This document shows, piece by piece, positions 52,901-62,562 of a DNA stretch of 64,000 nt. This DNA comes from an uncultured Negativicutes bacterium (lineage in GTDB: Bacteria; Bacillota; Negativicutes; Veillonellales; Megasphaeraceae). Position 1 is the stretch's first letter. The number at the start of each line of letters is the position of its first letter. The notes beneath the pieces are model-generated. The model made no database searches and was not told the DNA's origin. It was given only the letters and a program-made list of their open reading frames with translations. Made by a program: the position numbers and the translations under genes. The stretch lies in NCBI GenBank assembly GCA_900752195.1, contig CAADUJ010000007.1:203716-267715 (forward strand). The letters are read 5' to 3'.

Positions 52901-53689
52901 ATGACTGATGGCATATGGGCGCGTATGGCCGGTACTAAGATACGTCATGATGGTGAATTTGGCAGTGAAATGAAGTATGAAAAATATGAAGTGGGCTATG
53001 ATTTTTATGACAAAGCGACGACGAAGGTCCGTCATATCCGAGGCATTGGATTATCATACCTTGATGGTGACGGGACGTATGCATCGGGAACGAGTGATAT
53101 AAAGGGCTATACCGTCGGCTTCTACGATACCTTTGCCAAAGACGATGGACAGTATTTTGACTTCACCGTGAAGGCTCAGCGCTTTGCGACGGAGTATACC
53201 TACAGTGCACTGAGCCGCAGTCAAGCCGGTTCATTTGATGCGAAAGGTCTTACTATCGGTGCAGAATACGGCTATAAAATAGCTACGGACCATGGATGGT
53301 TTGTCGAACCGCAGGTACAGCTTACAGCCGGATGGCTGCGGCAAGATGGTTTTACCGATCCTAGCGGCGTTTACGTCGATGCAGATACTGTGGGAACGGC
53401 TGTATATCGAATGGGGACCCGCATTGGCTACGAAGGCCATAGGGCGACGGCTTTTGCCAGGGTAGACTGGTACCATGACTTTAGCGGTGCCTTAGCCACG
53501 CATATGACGTATGGCGATGATCGTCTTGATGTCTATGACGACTACGGCGATACTTGGCTTGAATATGGTCTGGGCCTGTCATGGAAGGTGGCACCGGACA
53601 TGGAAGTCCATGCAGAAGCTACGCGTGGAAGCGGCAGCGGCTATGATAAAGATTGGGCCTTTAATATGGGCATTCAATACGAGTTCTAA
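49997..53689 (+). CDS. autotransporter (type Va secretion) outer-membrane protein, adhesin-like passenger
   Basis: Signal peptide, then a ~900-aa Gly/Thr/Ser/Asp-rich repetitive passenger (beta-helix-like, no obvious protease motif), then a C-terminal ~280-aa beta-barrel translocator ending ...NMGIQYEF. Minus-strand ORFs inside (e.g. 50045..51001) are GC-skew shadows. Confidence 0.85.
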   Translation: MKKTTPHKVGFLTLLILLSLQTGITYAETHTYGTIAGPNHVSATDDGDITAEGINGWHWEWTDPATGETYKNDYTGELTVGNSTGTETVTIQKGISTQQSDVAVHGKNMTIGADFSSGSRISVYSEGKKISLGDAGYTESMTLNQVSLAKGAAFEAKATGNVTLEGIGAFPNGGGAAQAAIDAGTVTVAPVRGGQVAFRIFDGSSVNVHATEGLDFKSPSDGSGNKATFYVQGGSASFTTDDGTVSMDGWEIRLLDGYNFETGTNNPSRVVIDGAALFDVKNTVLSTKDSDVSFGSKATGGTMQFDGVYTLGKSESTIGSAKVDKLSIDVLNTDQSGSALTLRAKDMTLGKEADKSKSRIGGSGRLTVEAGNDVTIYGAVMTNQPSYYTKEASVSITAGGDVTIDAPKSSYGSQTAVSANGGSISIVSGRDLTASGDIVSSYDSSMQFQGANIFAGEVKAGNADIVMKAVDQDGNKGVINLETISTYRNKASDKTTSIQMEGKTVNIQNAAPANPTVRSIMLNDSGSLSIKADTIRAEGYSATGGSTGELLATKKLVITRGSDNVDDFNGLDQRAAVIAAEGTQTTFGTETADVSVEGTTKVNEDAAVTFDGKTVILTATGEDAALYSQGRTRVGSDQTEETTLRGRVDAFGAGGTTVLGQEITAEDAVNAYGKVDVGSAATRTVTLEKEAAALSEEAALILTGETVDAAAGIAAKNGGSTDISAKDLNGTLKTAEEGTLSASVTGTFTGRAEDEAGTMTVTLKPGALWKNTGTSTVATVHSESSIIRPAGDASLTIGTYEGKNGVLDLKDGKGGETLTIGTYNNENGTVLLDVDPTKNYGADTLTVTEGFTQKATLSLEKTDPNVYWTNAIEGTVIAHTTGASLSSVGLRSDTEEQPLHFVTLHLGEKATDDGSDIYIDWVEKKETVNGRHTATVQNLAGIAQSHYLLWRSDMDTLHRRLGDVGQDGMTDGIWARMAGTKIRHDGEFGSEMKYEKYEVGYDFYDKATTKVRHIRGIGLSYLDGDGTYASGTSDIKGYTVGFYDTFAKDDGQYFDFTVKAQRFATEYTYSALSRSQAGSFDAKGLTIGAEYGYKIATDHGWFVEPQVQLTAGWLRQDGFTDPSGVYVDADTVGTAVYRMGTRIGYEGHRATAFARVDWYHDFSGALATHMTYGDDRLDVYDDYGDTWLEYGLGLSWKVAPDMEVHAEATRGSGSGYDKDWAFNMGIQYEF

Positions 53690-53730
53690 TAGAAATTAAA
53701 AGCCGTTAAATACCAGCGGGGCACTATATA

Positions 53731-53782
53731 AAAAGGACATCTATACGGTATATCCATAAATGACGTATAGATGTCCTTTTGT
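53731..53782 (+). terminator. rho-independent terminator after the autotransporter gene
   Basis: 14-bp stem aggacatctatacg / cgtatagatgtcct plus T4. Confidence 0.55.
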
Positions 53783-54036
53783 GTGACAAAATGTGGTTTA
53801 CATGCTGTTTCCATGCCCCTTGGATGTCTTGAAGATGAATATTAGCGATTTTTCTTTATATGGTTCCATGGGCGCCGCATTCCAGGCGTACTATAGGTGG
53901 CGGGCAAAATGACGATAAGCGAATTATCCATCACATAAACTTGTAATTTGTGATAAAATTATATCAGTAAAAGCGGCATGGGAAAGGGTTGTTTTTTACT
54001 TTTCCTGCCCAGGAGAGGAGATTCTGTGCCAGTTTT

Positions 54037-54738
54037 ATGATACCTTTGACACCCCGTTTAGAAGCAGTGGCATCGCTTGTGCCACATCATACCATAGTGG
54101 CTGATATCGGTACGGATCATGGTTATGTACCCGTTTATCTTTGCCATCATCAAATTTGTCCATCTGCCATTGCCGCTGATATAGCAACAGGACCTTTATC
54201 AGCAGCTCGGTCTCATGTGCGTGCAGAAGGACTGTCTCAGCGCATTGAGTGCCGCCTTAGTGATGGCTTGACTGCAATTGAGGCGGGTGAAGTAGATGGC
54301 GCCATTTTTTGCGGCATGGGCGGTCCGTTAATCGAGCGGCTTTTGGAAGCGTCGCCGCAGGTAGTCGATTCTCTGAAGTATCTCATCGTACAACCGCAGA
54401 GTGATGTGGCATCAGTACGGCACTATTTGTATGCCATAGGATGGCATATTACAGCTGAAAAGATGGTATTAGACAGGCACCGCCTGTATGAAGTTATTTT
54501 TGCTGAGCCAGGACGAGAAACGATGCCAGAGCCGTGGCTCCTGGATGTAGGCCCGTATAATTGGAAACACCGCCATGAACTGATTCCCCGTCTCATAGAG
54601 ATACTTATGGAAAAAGACCGGCTCATATATAAAGGCTTACAGAAGAGCCATGGCGATGTGTCTCTGCGTCTTGATGAGGTGCGTTGCCATATGGATAGAT
54701 TGGAGGAACTACTATGTCAGTACCACTCAGGAAAATAA
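54037..54738 (+). CDS. trmK: tRNA (adenine22-N1)-methyltransferase
   Basis: MIPLTPRLEAVASLVPHHTIVADIGTDHGYVP... (TrmK/YqfN family). Start is uncertain: ATG 54037 is 17 nt from the GGAGAGGAG, and the ORF-track start 53989 is TTG. Confidence 0.7.
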   Translation: MIPLTPRLEAVASLVPHHTIVADIGTDHGYVPVYLCHHQICPSAIAADIATGPLSAARSHVRAEGLSQRIECRLSDGLTAIEAGEVDGAIFCGMGGPLIERLLEASPQVVDSLKYLIVQPQSDVASVRHYLYAIGWHITAEKMVLDRHRLYEVIFAEPGRETMPEPWLLDVGPYNWKHRHELIPRLIEILMEKDRLIYKGLQKSHGDVSLRLDEVRCHMDRLEELLCQYHSGK

Positions 54739-55832
54739 TGAACCTTATGGATACATTTGCGCCCCTTCGCCTTGCCGAAGCGTGGGATAACCCGGGACTT
54801 CTGGTTGGGAGTCCGGAGCAGGAAATTCACCGGGCCCTCGTCACTCTTGACGTGACCGATGAAGGTGTTGAATTTGCTATTGCCAATAAATATGACCTTA
54901 TCATCAGTCATCATCCCGTTATTTTTAAGAAACTCACGTCCTTGCGTACTGATACGTATGACGGAACGATGTATCAGAAACTCCTTACCCATCATATTGC
55001 CGTCTATAGTGCCCATACGAACTGGGATAGTGCCGATGGCGGCGTCAATGACATATTGGCACAGAGGCTGGGGTTGATTGATGTACAGGGTCTCGTGCCT
55101 GTTCAGTCGGAGCCTTTATATAAATTTACCGTCTATGTACCGGAATCCCATGCCGATGCATTGTGTCAGGCTCTGGGTGATGCCGGTGCTGGATTTATTG
55201 GCAAATATAGCCATTGTATGTTCAGCCTCACCGGAACGGGGCAATTCAAGCCACGTCAGGGGACCCATCCCTATATCGGTACTGTTGGTTCCCTGGAAAA
55301 GACGCGGGAAGTGCGCATAGAAACGATTATCCCGGCTCAACGGCTTCACCTTCTCTTGAGTGCCGTCAAGATGGTACATCCCTATGAAGAACCGGCGTAT
55401 GATATTTACCCCTTGAAAAACGAAGGGAAAACGTATAGCCTGGGACGGGTCGGCACGGTAAAACAACCGGAACCGGCACGCATGGTATTACGTAAAATCA
55501 AGCGGGCTCTAGGTATTCAAATCCTGACGTATGCTGGCAATGAAGATGCAATCATACGGAAAATCGCCCTTTGTGGCGGCGCCGGTGCTGAATTTATGAA
55601 AGAAGCCAAAGCAGCTAGCGCCGATCTCTACCTGACGGGAGACGTGAAGTATCACGAAGCGCAGGAAGCTGTAAAATTAGGACTCGTCATTGCCGATGGC
55701 GGCCATTTCGGTACAGAAATTCCGTCTGTGCCAGTTCTACAGGAACGATTGCAAAATGTATCTCGTGAACACGGATGGTCTGTTTCGTTCATGATGGATC
55801 CAACGAGCCGCGATATATTTAATCATTGCTGA
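54714..55832 (+). CDS. Nif3-family dinuclear metal centre protein (YqfO-like)
   Basis: LRLAEAWDNPGLLVG, the NIF3 His/Glu metal ligands, and a central PII-like insert. Conserved trmK-nif3 pair. Start is either 54714 (GGAGGA RBS) or 54738. Confidence 0.85.
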   Translation: MSVPLRKIMNLMDTFAPLRLAEAWDNPGLLVGSPEQEIHRALVTLDVTDEGVEFAIANKYDLIISHHPVIFKKLTSLRTDTYDGTMYQKLLTHHIAVYSAHTNWDSADGGVNDILAQRLGLIDVQGLVPVQSEPLYKFTVYVPESHADALCQALGDAGAGFIGKYSHCMFSLTGTGQFKPRQGTHPYIGTVGSLEKTREVRIETIIPAQRLHLLLSAVKMVHPYEEPAYDIYPLKNEGKTYSLGRVGTVKQPEPARMVLRKIKRALGIQILTYAGNEDAIIRKIALCGGAGAEFMKEAKAASADLYLTGDVKYHEAQEAVKLGLVIADGGHFGTEIPSVPVLQERLQNVSREHGWSVSFMMDPTSRDIFNHC

Positions 55833-55882
55833 TTACCTTACAACGTATGCGCTATAGGCGCTTGTCATAGGAGGAATGATGT

Positions 55883-56542
55883 ATGTCAAAAGAATTTCAT
55901 TTACAACAATTTAAAGACGAACCGATTTATTGCATTCTGGGAGAAGCGTTGTGTTTAGGTCGGGGAAATATTGAAACGGCCCGCCAGGTCATTGCTGCAG
56001 GTGTCAAAGTCATCCAATACAGGGAAAAGCATAAATCGTGGCGTGAAAAATATGCCGAAGCCAAGGTGATTGCCGATATGTGTCACGAAGCAGGCGTGAC
56101 GTTTATCATCAATGATTCTGTCGATCTGGCTATTGCCTGCGGTGCCGATGGCATTCATGTAGGCCAGGATGATGCACCGTGCCCATTTGTGCGCAAACTG
56201 GCTGGTCCCGATATGCTCATTGGCGTTTCGACGAATACGATCGACGATATAAGAGGAGCCATTGCCGATGGCGCTGATTACGTTGGTTTTGGGCCAATGT
56301 ATCCGACAGAATCGAAAAAAGACGTGAAAGATATTGTGACTGATGAAGCTATTGGATTTACTGTAAGCCAGCAAGTCATGCCTGTGACTTGTATCGGCGG
56401 AGTTGGTCCGGCTAACATGGAAGAACTCTATAAAAAAGGCTTTCGTTCTTTTGCCATGATCAGTGCTATCATTTCCCAGCCTGATATTGCGGCTGCCGTA
56501 ACGAATATGCGACAAATACTGAAAGATGTCTCTGAAAAATAG
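55883..56542 (+). CDS. thiE: thiamine-phosphate synthase
   Basis: TMP-TENI fold motifs (VIQYREK, IINDSVDLAIACGADGIHVGQDD, GVSTNT, GFGPMYPT). Confidence 0.85.
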   Translation: MSKEFHLQQFKDEPIYCILGEALCLGRGNIETARQVIAAGVKVIQYREKHKSWREKYAEAKVIADMCHEAGVTFIINDSVDLAIACGADGIHVGQDDAPCPFVRKLAGPDMLIGVSTNTIDDIRGAIADGADYVGFGPMYPTESKKDVKDIVTDEAIGFTVSQQVMPVTCIGGVGPANMEELYKKGFRSFAMISAIISQPDIAAAVTNMRQILKDVSEK

Positions 56543-56598
56543 TCTAGCCAAATCAATACGAATGTAGTATAGTATAGGCAACAAGGAGGTGTTCTTAC

Positions 56599-56877
56599 AT
56601 GAAACATATAACAGCTTTTTACCTTACAACTTGTCCGTATTGCATGAAAGCAAAACAAGCGCTAAGTGAACTTATACAGGAAAAGCCTGACTATGCATCG
56701 GTTCCCGTAGATTGGGTTGAAGAAACGCAGGAACCGGACAAGGTAGCAGGGCATGCCTATTATTATGTGCCCAGTCTCTTCGAGGGGACAAAGAAATTGT
56801 ATGAATGTCAGCCCGGCCATGACTATGACACGATTAAGGCGGCTGTCAAAGATGTTCTTGATTACGCATTGTCGTAA
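56599..56877 (+). CDS. glutaredoxin-like/thioredoxin-fold small protein
   Basis: 92 aa with a CPYC active site (FYLTTCPYCMKAK). Confidence 0.7.
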   Translation: MKHITAFYLTTCPYCMKAKQALSELIQEKPDYASVPVDWVEETQEPDKVAGHAYYYVPSLFEGTKKLYECQPGHDYDTIKAAVKDVLDYALS

Positions 56878-56898
56878 GATTTGTGCCCATAATATGGA

Positions 56899-56947
56899 TA
56901 AAAGCGGTACCTCTATGAAATATGACCTCATAAAGGTACCGCTTTTG
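56899..56947. terminator. bidirectional terminator (serves the glutaredoxin-like gene and the convergent FAH gene)
   Basis: Stem aaagcggtacc / ggtaccgcttt with T/A runs on both sides. Confidence 0.5.
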
Positions 56948-56959
56948 GCATTAGGACTA

Positions 56960-57868
56960 TTATTTTATAGTGTTTTTCAATGTGCCAATGGAGCTGACAC
57001 TTACTTCGACGGTATCGCCGACGTGAAGGTATTTAGATGGTGTAAAACCTACGCCGACGCCGGACGGTGTGCCTGTCGAAATGATGTCACCCGGCTGGAG
57101 CGTCGTTCCTTGTGAAAGAGTAGAAATGAGAGACGGAATAGGAAAGATGAATTCATCTGTCGTGGCATCCTGACGGACTTCGCCGTTGACTTTAGTCGTA
57201 ATGGTAAAGACATCAGGCGCAGCATCGCGTAAGAGTACATACGGGCCCATAGGTGCGAAGGTATCGAGGCTCTTTCCATGGAACCACTGTACGTGGTTTC
57301 GCTGTAAATCACGGGCTGTAATATCGTTTAAAATGGTAAATCCATATACGTAATCCATGGCTTCGGAAACGGGAATATCCGAACCAGTCTTACCGATAAT
57401 AACAGCAAGTTCACCTTCATAATCAAGCTCCTTTGTCACGGTTGGGTGAGAATCTATAGCCGCTTCCGTACCGATGACGCATGTCGGGGCTTTCGTAAAG
57501 AATTGCGGGAATTTTGGTAAAGGACGCCCTTTTTCCTTGTGGAATTCTTCGATATGTTCGGCATAATTTTCACCGACACAAAAAATATTCTTATGTAGCT
57601 CTGGAAGAGGCGGCAGGATGTGAATAGTACCTAATGGCTTTGCCTTTACAGCACCAGTCCGTTCGTTCTGTTCCAAGCTGTCGGCCAGGGCGAGGAGACC
57701 TTCATTTCCTTGTTCTACAAACTCAAATAATGTTTCTGGAAAGGGGGTGAAGAAAGCCTCTTCCAAAGCGATGGCACTGTATACGCCTGTTTCATCTTCA
57801 TTGAGTACACCCCATTGGACGAACCCTAAATCCTCAAACGTTACTAATTTTTTAATCATCATGATCAT
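56960..57868 (-). CDS. fumarylacetoacetate hydrolase (FAH)-family protein
   Basis: C-terminal FAH domain (DYEGELAVIIG..., VYGFTILNDITARDLQ). Start at the ATG at 57868 (MIMMIKK) after AGAGGTG. Confidence 0.8.
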   Translation of the reverse strand: MIMMIKKLVTFEDLGFVQWGVLNEDETGVYSAIALEEAFFTPFPETLFEFVEQGNEGLLALADSLEQNERTGAVKAKPLGTIHILPPLPELHKNIFCVGENYAEHIEEFHKEKGRPLPKFPQFFTKAPTCVIGTEAAIDSHPTVTKELDYEGELAVIIGKTGSDIPVSEAMDYVYGFTILNDITARDLQRNHVQWFHGKSLDTFAPMGPYVLLRDAAPDVFTITTKVNGEVRQDATTDEFIFPIPSLISTLSQGTTLQPGDIISTGTPSGVGVGFTPSKYLHVGDTVEVSVSSIGTLKNTIK

Positions 57869-58078
57869 GCACCTCTTTGGTATCACTACGTATAAAAAAG
57901 CAGAAAAATTGATGCCAAGAGCTTATAGCGTATATTCCTATAAAGCTCGTGAATCTATTATAAAGAAAAGATGTGTAAAAAAAAAGCCTCTTTTTGTATA
58001 CGGTCGTGTCCTTCTATCTTTATGACATTTGTGATACAATTAGACAGTGTATTATAAATTACGAGGAGCGAATCGTGT

Positions 58079-59770
58079 ATGGATACTGAAGTGACAAAGA
58101 ATTTTATTGAAAACATTATTGATGAAGACAACGAAAAGAATACGTATGGCAAACGGGTGCATACTCGTTTTCCTCCAGAACCGAATGGCTATCTTCATAT
58201 TGGTCATGCGAAATCGATTTGCTTGAATTTTGGTATTGCAAAAAAGTATGGCGGCATTACGAATTTGCGATTTGATGATACGAATCCGTCGAAGGAAAAT
58301 ACGGAATATGTGGATTCCATTAAGGAAGATGTAAAGTGGCTTGGCTTTGATTGGGATGACCGCATGTTCTATGCATCGGATTATTTTGATACATTGTATG
58401 GCTATGCGCAGAAATTAATCCGTCTGGGAAAAGCCTATGTCGACGACCTTTCTGGTGATGAAATCCGTGAATACAGAGGTACTTTCAATACGCCAGGCAA
58501 AGAAAGCCCGTACCGAAATCGGAGTGTTGAGGAAAACCTCCGCCTTTTCGAAGAAATGAAAGAAGGCAAGTATGGTGACGGTGAAAAGGTGTTGCGTGCG
58601 AAGATTGATATGACAAGCCCCAATTTAAATATGCGTGATCCTATCTTATATCGTATCGTCCATGCCTCGCATCATCGTACAGGCAATACGTGGTGCATTT
58701 ATCCGATGTACGATTTTGCGCATCCTGTTTCTGATGCTATCGAACGGATTACGCATTCTATTTGCACTCTTGAATTTGAAGCACATCGGCCTTTATATAA
58801 TTGGGTCCTCGAAGATTGGGAAGATCCGGAAGGGCAGAAACCGCGTCAGATTGAATTTGCCCGTCTTAACGTGACGAATATGATTACGAGTAAGCGCAAA
58901 CTTCGTCTGCTCGTCGAAAAGGGTATCGTAAGCGGTTGGGATGATCCCCGTATGCCGACGATTTCCGGTATCCGCCGTCGTGGTTATACACCGGCATCAA
59001 TTCGTGATTTTTGTGAACGCATTGGCGTGGCAAAGGCTGACAGTACGGTAGAAATTTCCTTGTTGGAATATTGTATCCGCGAAGATTTGAAGCTCAAGGC
59101 ACCACGGATTATGACGGTTATCGATCCCGTCAAGGTTGTCATTACAGATTATCCGGAAGGCAAGACGGAAACGATTACAGCCGATAATAACCAGGAAAAT
59201 CCAGAACTCGGCACGCGTCAGATTACGTTTAGCCGCACAATCTATATTGATCGCAAGGACTTCATGGAAGAACCGGTCAAGAAGTTCTTCCGCCTGGCAC
59301 CGGGCAAAGAAGTCCGCCTTAAATATGCCTATATCATCAAGTGTGAAGATGTCATTAAGGATGAGGCTGGCCATATTGTTGAGATTCATTGTAGCCATGA
59401 TGCAGAAAGCCTCAGTGGCGTTGGCAAGAATGCAAACCGCAAGGTAAAGGGCACCCTTCATTGGGTCAATGGCGACGATTGCATCGATGTAGAAACCCGT
59501 GTCTACGAGTATCTTCTTACGGATTCTAATGACGATGAAGAAGGCGACAACAAGGACTTCCTATCCCAAATCAATCCAGATAGCCTCCATGTATATCAAA
59601 GTAAGGCTGAATCGTGCTTGAAGAATTATCATGCAGGCGATCATTTCCAATTTCTCCGGGAAGGCTATTTTGTCATTGATCCGGATACGACATCTGACCA
59701 CATGGTGGTAAACCGTATTGTAGGCCTTCGCGATACGTGGGCAAAGATGCAGAAAAAGCAGAAGCAGTAA
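58079..59770 (+). CDS. glnS: glutamine--tRNA ligase
   Basis: Class I HIGH motif ([14 protein letters not shown]), KMSKS-like region and GlnRS anticodon-binding beta-barrels. Extended -10 TGaTACAAT at about 58040-58050. Confidence 0.9.
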   Translation: MDTEVTKNFIENIIDEDNEKNTYGKRVHTRFPPEPNGYLHIGHAKSICLNFGIAKKYGGITNLRFDDTNPSKENTEYVDSIKEDVKWLGFDWDDRMFYASDYFDTLYGYAQKLIRLGKAYVDDLSGDEIREYRGTFNTPGKESPYRNRSVEENLRLFEEMKEGKYGDGEKVLRAKIDMTSPNLNMRDPILYRIVHASHHRTGNTWCIYPMYDFAHPVSDAIERITHSICTLEFEAHRPLYNWVLEDWEDPEGQKPRQIEFARLNVTNMITSKRKLRLLVEKGIVSGWDDPRMPTISGIRRRGYTPASIRDFCERIGVAKADSTVEISLLEYCIREDLKLKAPRIMTVIDPVKVVITDYPEGKTETITADNNQENPELGTRQITFSRTIYIDRKDFMEEPVKKFFRLAPGKEVRLKYAYIIKCEDVIKDEAGHIVEIHCSHDAESLSGVGKNANRKVKGTLHWVNGDDCIDVETRVYEYLLTDSNDDEEGDNKDFLSQINPDSLHVYQSKAESCLKNYHAGDHFQFLREGYFVIDPDTTSDHMVVNRIVGLRDTWAKMQKKQKQ

Positions 59771-59896
59771 GGCCTATACCGTGAGATGGGTCCCTATTGC
59801 AATATGAGGTGATCCCGGCTTTGGATAGAAAGGTGGTATGTTGCCATAGATGGCAAATCGGTTGCCATGTGTGACAGCGCGAATAGCTACGTTTCT

Positions 59897-59918
59897 TGAA
59901 AAAGCCGGCTTTTTTCTC
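59897..59918 (+). terminator. weak rho-independent terminator after glnS
   Basis: aaaagccggcttttttc short GC stem plus T6, preceded by the palindrome ttgccatagatggcaa. Confidence 0.4.
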
Positions 59919-59990
59919 GTATGAGTTGCCTTCGGGCCATATAAAAGAATATAATAGAATTATATCGTAGAGAAAGGAAGGATATAAGCT

Positions 59991-60260
59991 ATGAGAGCCT
60001 TAGGAGCCCATGGCGTACTGCTGCTGGTCTTATTTATTGTTGTCGGCGGCATTTTAGGCGGCATATTTGGAGAACTTTTGTCGGAAATGAACTTTGGAAA
60101 CATTGTGCCCATCCTTTCACAACATTTTGAAATTTTTAATGTTCAAAATATCGATTTGAATTTATATGTCATGCAGATTAAATTCGGATTGCGATTTGCA
60201 CCGAATTTGTTGAGCATCATCGGTATTATCGTTGCTTTTTTGATTTATCAACGCCTCTAA
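59991..60260 (+). CDS. DUF4321-family small membrane protein
   Basis: 89 aa, 2 TM helices, located immediately upstream of maf as in many Firmicutes. Confidence 0.6.
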   Translation: MRALGAHGVLLLVLFIVVGGILGGIFGELLSEMNFGNIVPILSQHFEIFNVQNIDLNLYVMQIKFGLRFAPNLLSIIGIIVAFLIYQRL

Positions 60261-60278
60261 AAGAAAGGAGAACGTACC

Positions 60279-60839
60279 ATGCTGATTTTAGCTTCAGGTT
60301 CACCGCGGCGGAGGAGTCTTTTGGCACAGGTAGGGATTCCCTATATGGTCAATCCCAGCTTGTATAAAGAGGAGGCACCGTCTCATAAGGATCCAAAGAA
60401 GTTTGTCATTGCCCAGGCGTTAGGGAAAGCGAAAGACGTAGCTGCCCGTTATCCGGATCAGTGGGTTTTAGGGGCGGATACGGTCGTCGTTTTTGATGGC
60501 GAAATCCTCGGTAAACCGAAGCATGAAAAAGATGCTATCCGCATGTTGAAGCAGTTATCCAATCACAAGCATTCCGTCTTTACGGGGCTTGCCCTCGTAC
60601 GGGATGACAAAGTCTATACGAAAGCGGTAGAGACAAAGGTATGGTTCCGGAAGATGAAAGAACGGGAGATTGTTGACTATGTCCGTTCCGGCGAGCCTAT
60701 GGATAAGGCTGGTTCATATGGCATACAAGGCAAGGCGGCAATTTTTATCGATAAGATCAATGGGTCGTATACGAATGTCGTCGGTCTGCCTGTATCACAA
60801 GTATATACAATGTTACAGAAAGCGAAGGTGATGGAATGA
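60279..60839 (+). CDS. maf: Maf-like nucleoside triphosphate pyrophosphatase
   Basis: MLILASGSPRRRSLLAQVGIPY...GADTVV...GKP. Confidence 0.9.
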   Translation: MLILASGSPRRRSLLAQVGIPYMVNPSLYKEEAPSHKDPKKFVIAQALGKAKDVAARYPDQWVLGADTVVVFDGEILGKPKHEKDAIRMLKQLSNHKHSVFTGLALVRDDKVYTKAVETKVWFRKMKEREIVDYVRSGEPMDKAGSYGIQGKAAIFIDKINGSYTNVVGLPVSQVYTMLQKAKVME

Positions 60840-61522
60840 CCATGCTAAATGAAATGGCTGATTCGGAGAAGCCTCGAGAGAAATTTCTTCATCGCGGAGC
60901 CGATGCGCTCACGGATGCAGAGCTTCTCGCCATTTTGATCAGGACTGGTATAAAAGGCCGGTCCGTGCTGGAAGTGGCCGGTACGCTTCTCGTATCGTTG
61001 CCAAATCAGAATCTGGGACATCTGGGAGAGACGGATGTCAAAGCTTTATGCACGATTCCAGGTATCGGCAGGGACAAGGCCGTAACGCTGTGTGCAGCTG
61101 TGGAGTTGGGGAAACGTATTGCAAAGAAGCGCATACGTATCGATAATCCCGATTTCAGCTCGCCTCATGTCGTTGCGGAATACGTCATGGAAGATATGCG
61201 ATTTCTGGCGCAGGAGTGTTTTGTAGCCGTGTATTTATCGACGAAGAACCGTCTCATCTGCGTGAAGACGCTGACGGTGGGGACCATCAATGCCAGCTTT
61301 GCAAAAGCTCGTGATGTATTTCGGTATGCCTTGCAATATAATGCGGCTGCTGTCGTATTACTCCATAATCATCCTAGCGGCGATCCTGAGCCGAGTCATG
61401 AAGATATTACGGTGACACAACAGCTGGCAGAGGCAGGTGCACTAATGGAAATACCTGTTCTCGATCATATCATCATTGGCGATGGCATTTATGTCAGTCT
61501 CTGCGAGCGAGGTTATCTATGA
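60836..61522 (+). CDS. radC: RadC-family JAMM-motif protein (UPF0758)
   Basis: N-terminal HhH segment and C-terminal JAMM motif HNHPSGDPEPSHEDI. Overlaps maf by 4 nt. Confidence 0.88.
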   Translation: MTMLNEMADSEKPREKFLHRGADALTDAELLAILIRTGIKGRSVLEVAGTLLVSLPNQNLGHLGETDVKALCTIPGIGRDKAVTLCAAVELGKRIAKKRIRIDNPDFSSPHVVAEYVMEDMRFLAQECFVAVYLSTKNRLICVKTLTVGTINASFAKARDVFRYALQYNAAAVVLLHNHPSGDPEPSHEDITVTQQLAEAGALMEIPVLDHIIIGDGIYVSLCERGYL

Positions 61523-61608
61523 AAAATTCATAGGAACTTCGACTGTATATATACATCTTGTACGCATTATGTTATGAGCCTACAGATTTACCTTTTTAAT
61601 ACCGTATT

Positions 61609-61634
61609 CCTGTCATGGACAGGTCTTTTTTTTT
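61609..61634 (+). terminator. rho-independent terminator after radC
   Basis: cctgtcatggacagg hairpin followed by T10. Confidence 0.5.
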
Positions 61635-61761
61635 GCTCTTTTTTGACAAATATTCGTAAAAATTATTTTTATCTATTCTTTACTTCTTGATATTCATTAC
61701 TAATTATGTCATAATATTTGTAGCACAAAAAGAGTATAGAATAAAGAAGGAGGCATGTATT

Positions 61762-62547
61762 ATGAATATAGTTGTTTTGATTAAACAGGTTCCGGCTGTG
61801 TCGGATATTAAACTGGATGCTGAAAATAATAACCTCGTCCGCGTTGGGGCTCCATCTATCTTGAATCCCGTCGATAAAAATGCGTTAGAAGCGGCTCTCG
61901 CCATAAAGGATGCTGTAGGAGGTACCATTACGGTCATGACCATGGGTACGGCCTTGGCAGCAGATGCATTACGTGATGCCATCGCTATGGGTGCTGATGA
62001 AGGCATACTTCTCACGGATAGAGCCATGGCAGGATCGGATACGCTGGCGACGGGGAAAATCTTGTCGAAAGCCATTGAAAAAGTCGGTGCTGTAGACCTC
62101 GTATTTTGTGGTAAAAAATCTACTGACGGTGATACTGGCCAGATTCCTCCGGCTGTAGCAGAACGTCTTGGCATGAATCTTGTTACCTATGCAGAATCCG
62201 TGACGGTAGAAGGAACAACGTTGAAGGCAACGCGTCAGAATCAAGGCGGAATGGAAACGGTAGAAGCGCAGCTTCCGGCTGTTTGCTCTGTTATGGAAAC
62301 GGCAAATGTGCCGCGTACGCCGAACATCCGCGGTAAGATGAAAGCAAAGAAGGCTGTATTCACCGTCTGGGCTCTTGCAGATATTGGCCTCGATGCTACT
62401 GAAGCAGGAACAGAAGGTTCAGCTACGAAGGTAACGGAAGTGTTTGCTCCGGAAAAACATGCTACAGGTACGATGATTTCTGGAAGCAATCTATCCGAAG
62501 CTGTCGACAACTTGTTTGCTGAATTGACAGCAAAGAAATTGGTGTAA
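61762..62547 (+). CDS. etfB: electron transfer flavoprotein subunit beta
   Basis: MNIVVLIKQVPAVSDIKLD... ATG at 61762 after GAAGGAGG. The ORF-track start at 61687 lacks an RBS. Confidence 0.9.
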   Translation: MNIVVLIKQVPAVSDIKLDAENNNLVRVGAPSILNPVDKNALEAALAIKDAVGGTITVMTMGTALAADALRDAIAMGADEGILLTDRAMAGSDTLATGKILSKAIEKVGAVDLVFCGKKSTDGDTGQIPPAVAERLGMNLVTYAESVTVEGTTLKATRQNQGGMETVEAQLPAVCSVMETANVPRTPNIRGKMKAKKAVFTVWALADIGLDATEAGTEGSATKVTEVFAPEKHATGTMISGSNLSEAVDNLFAELTAKKLV

Positions 62548-62562
62548 GGGAGGCGTTCTGCA

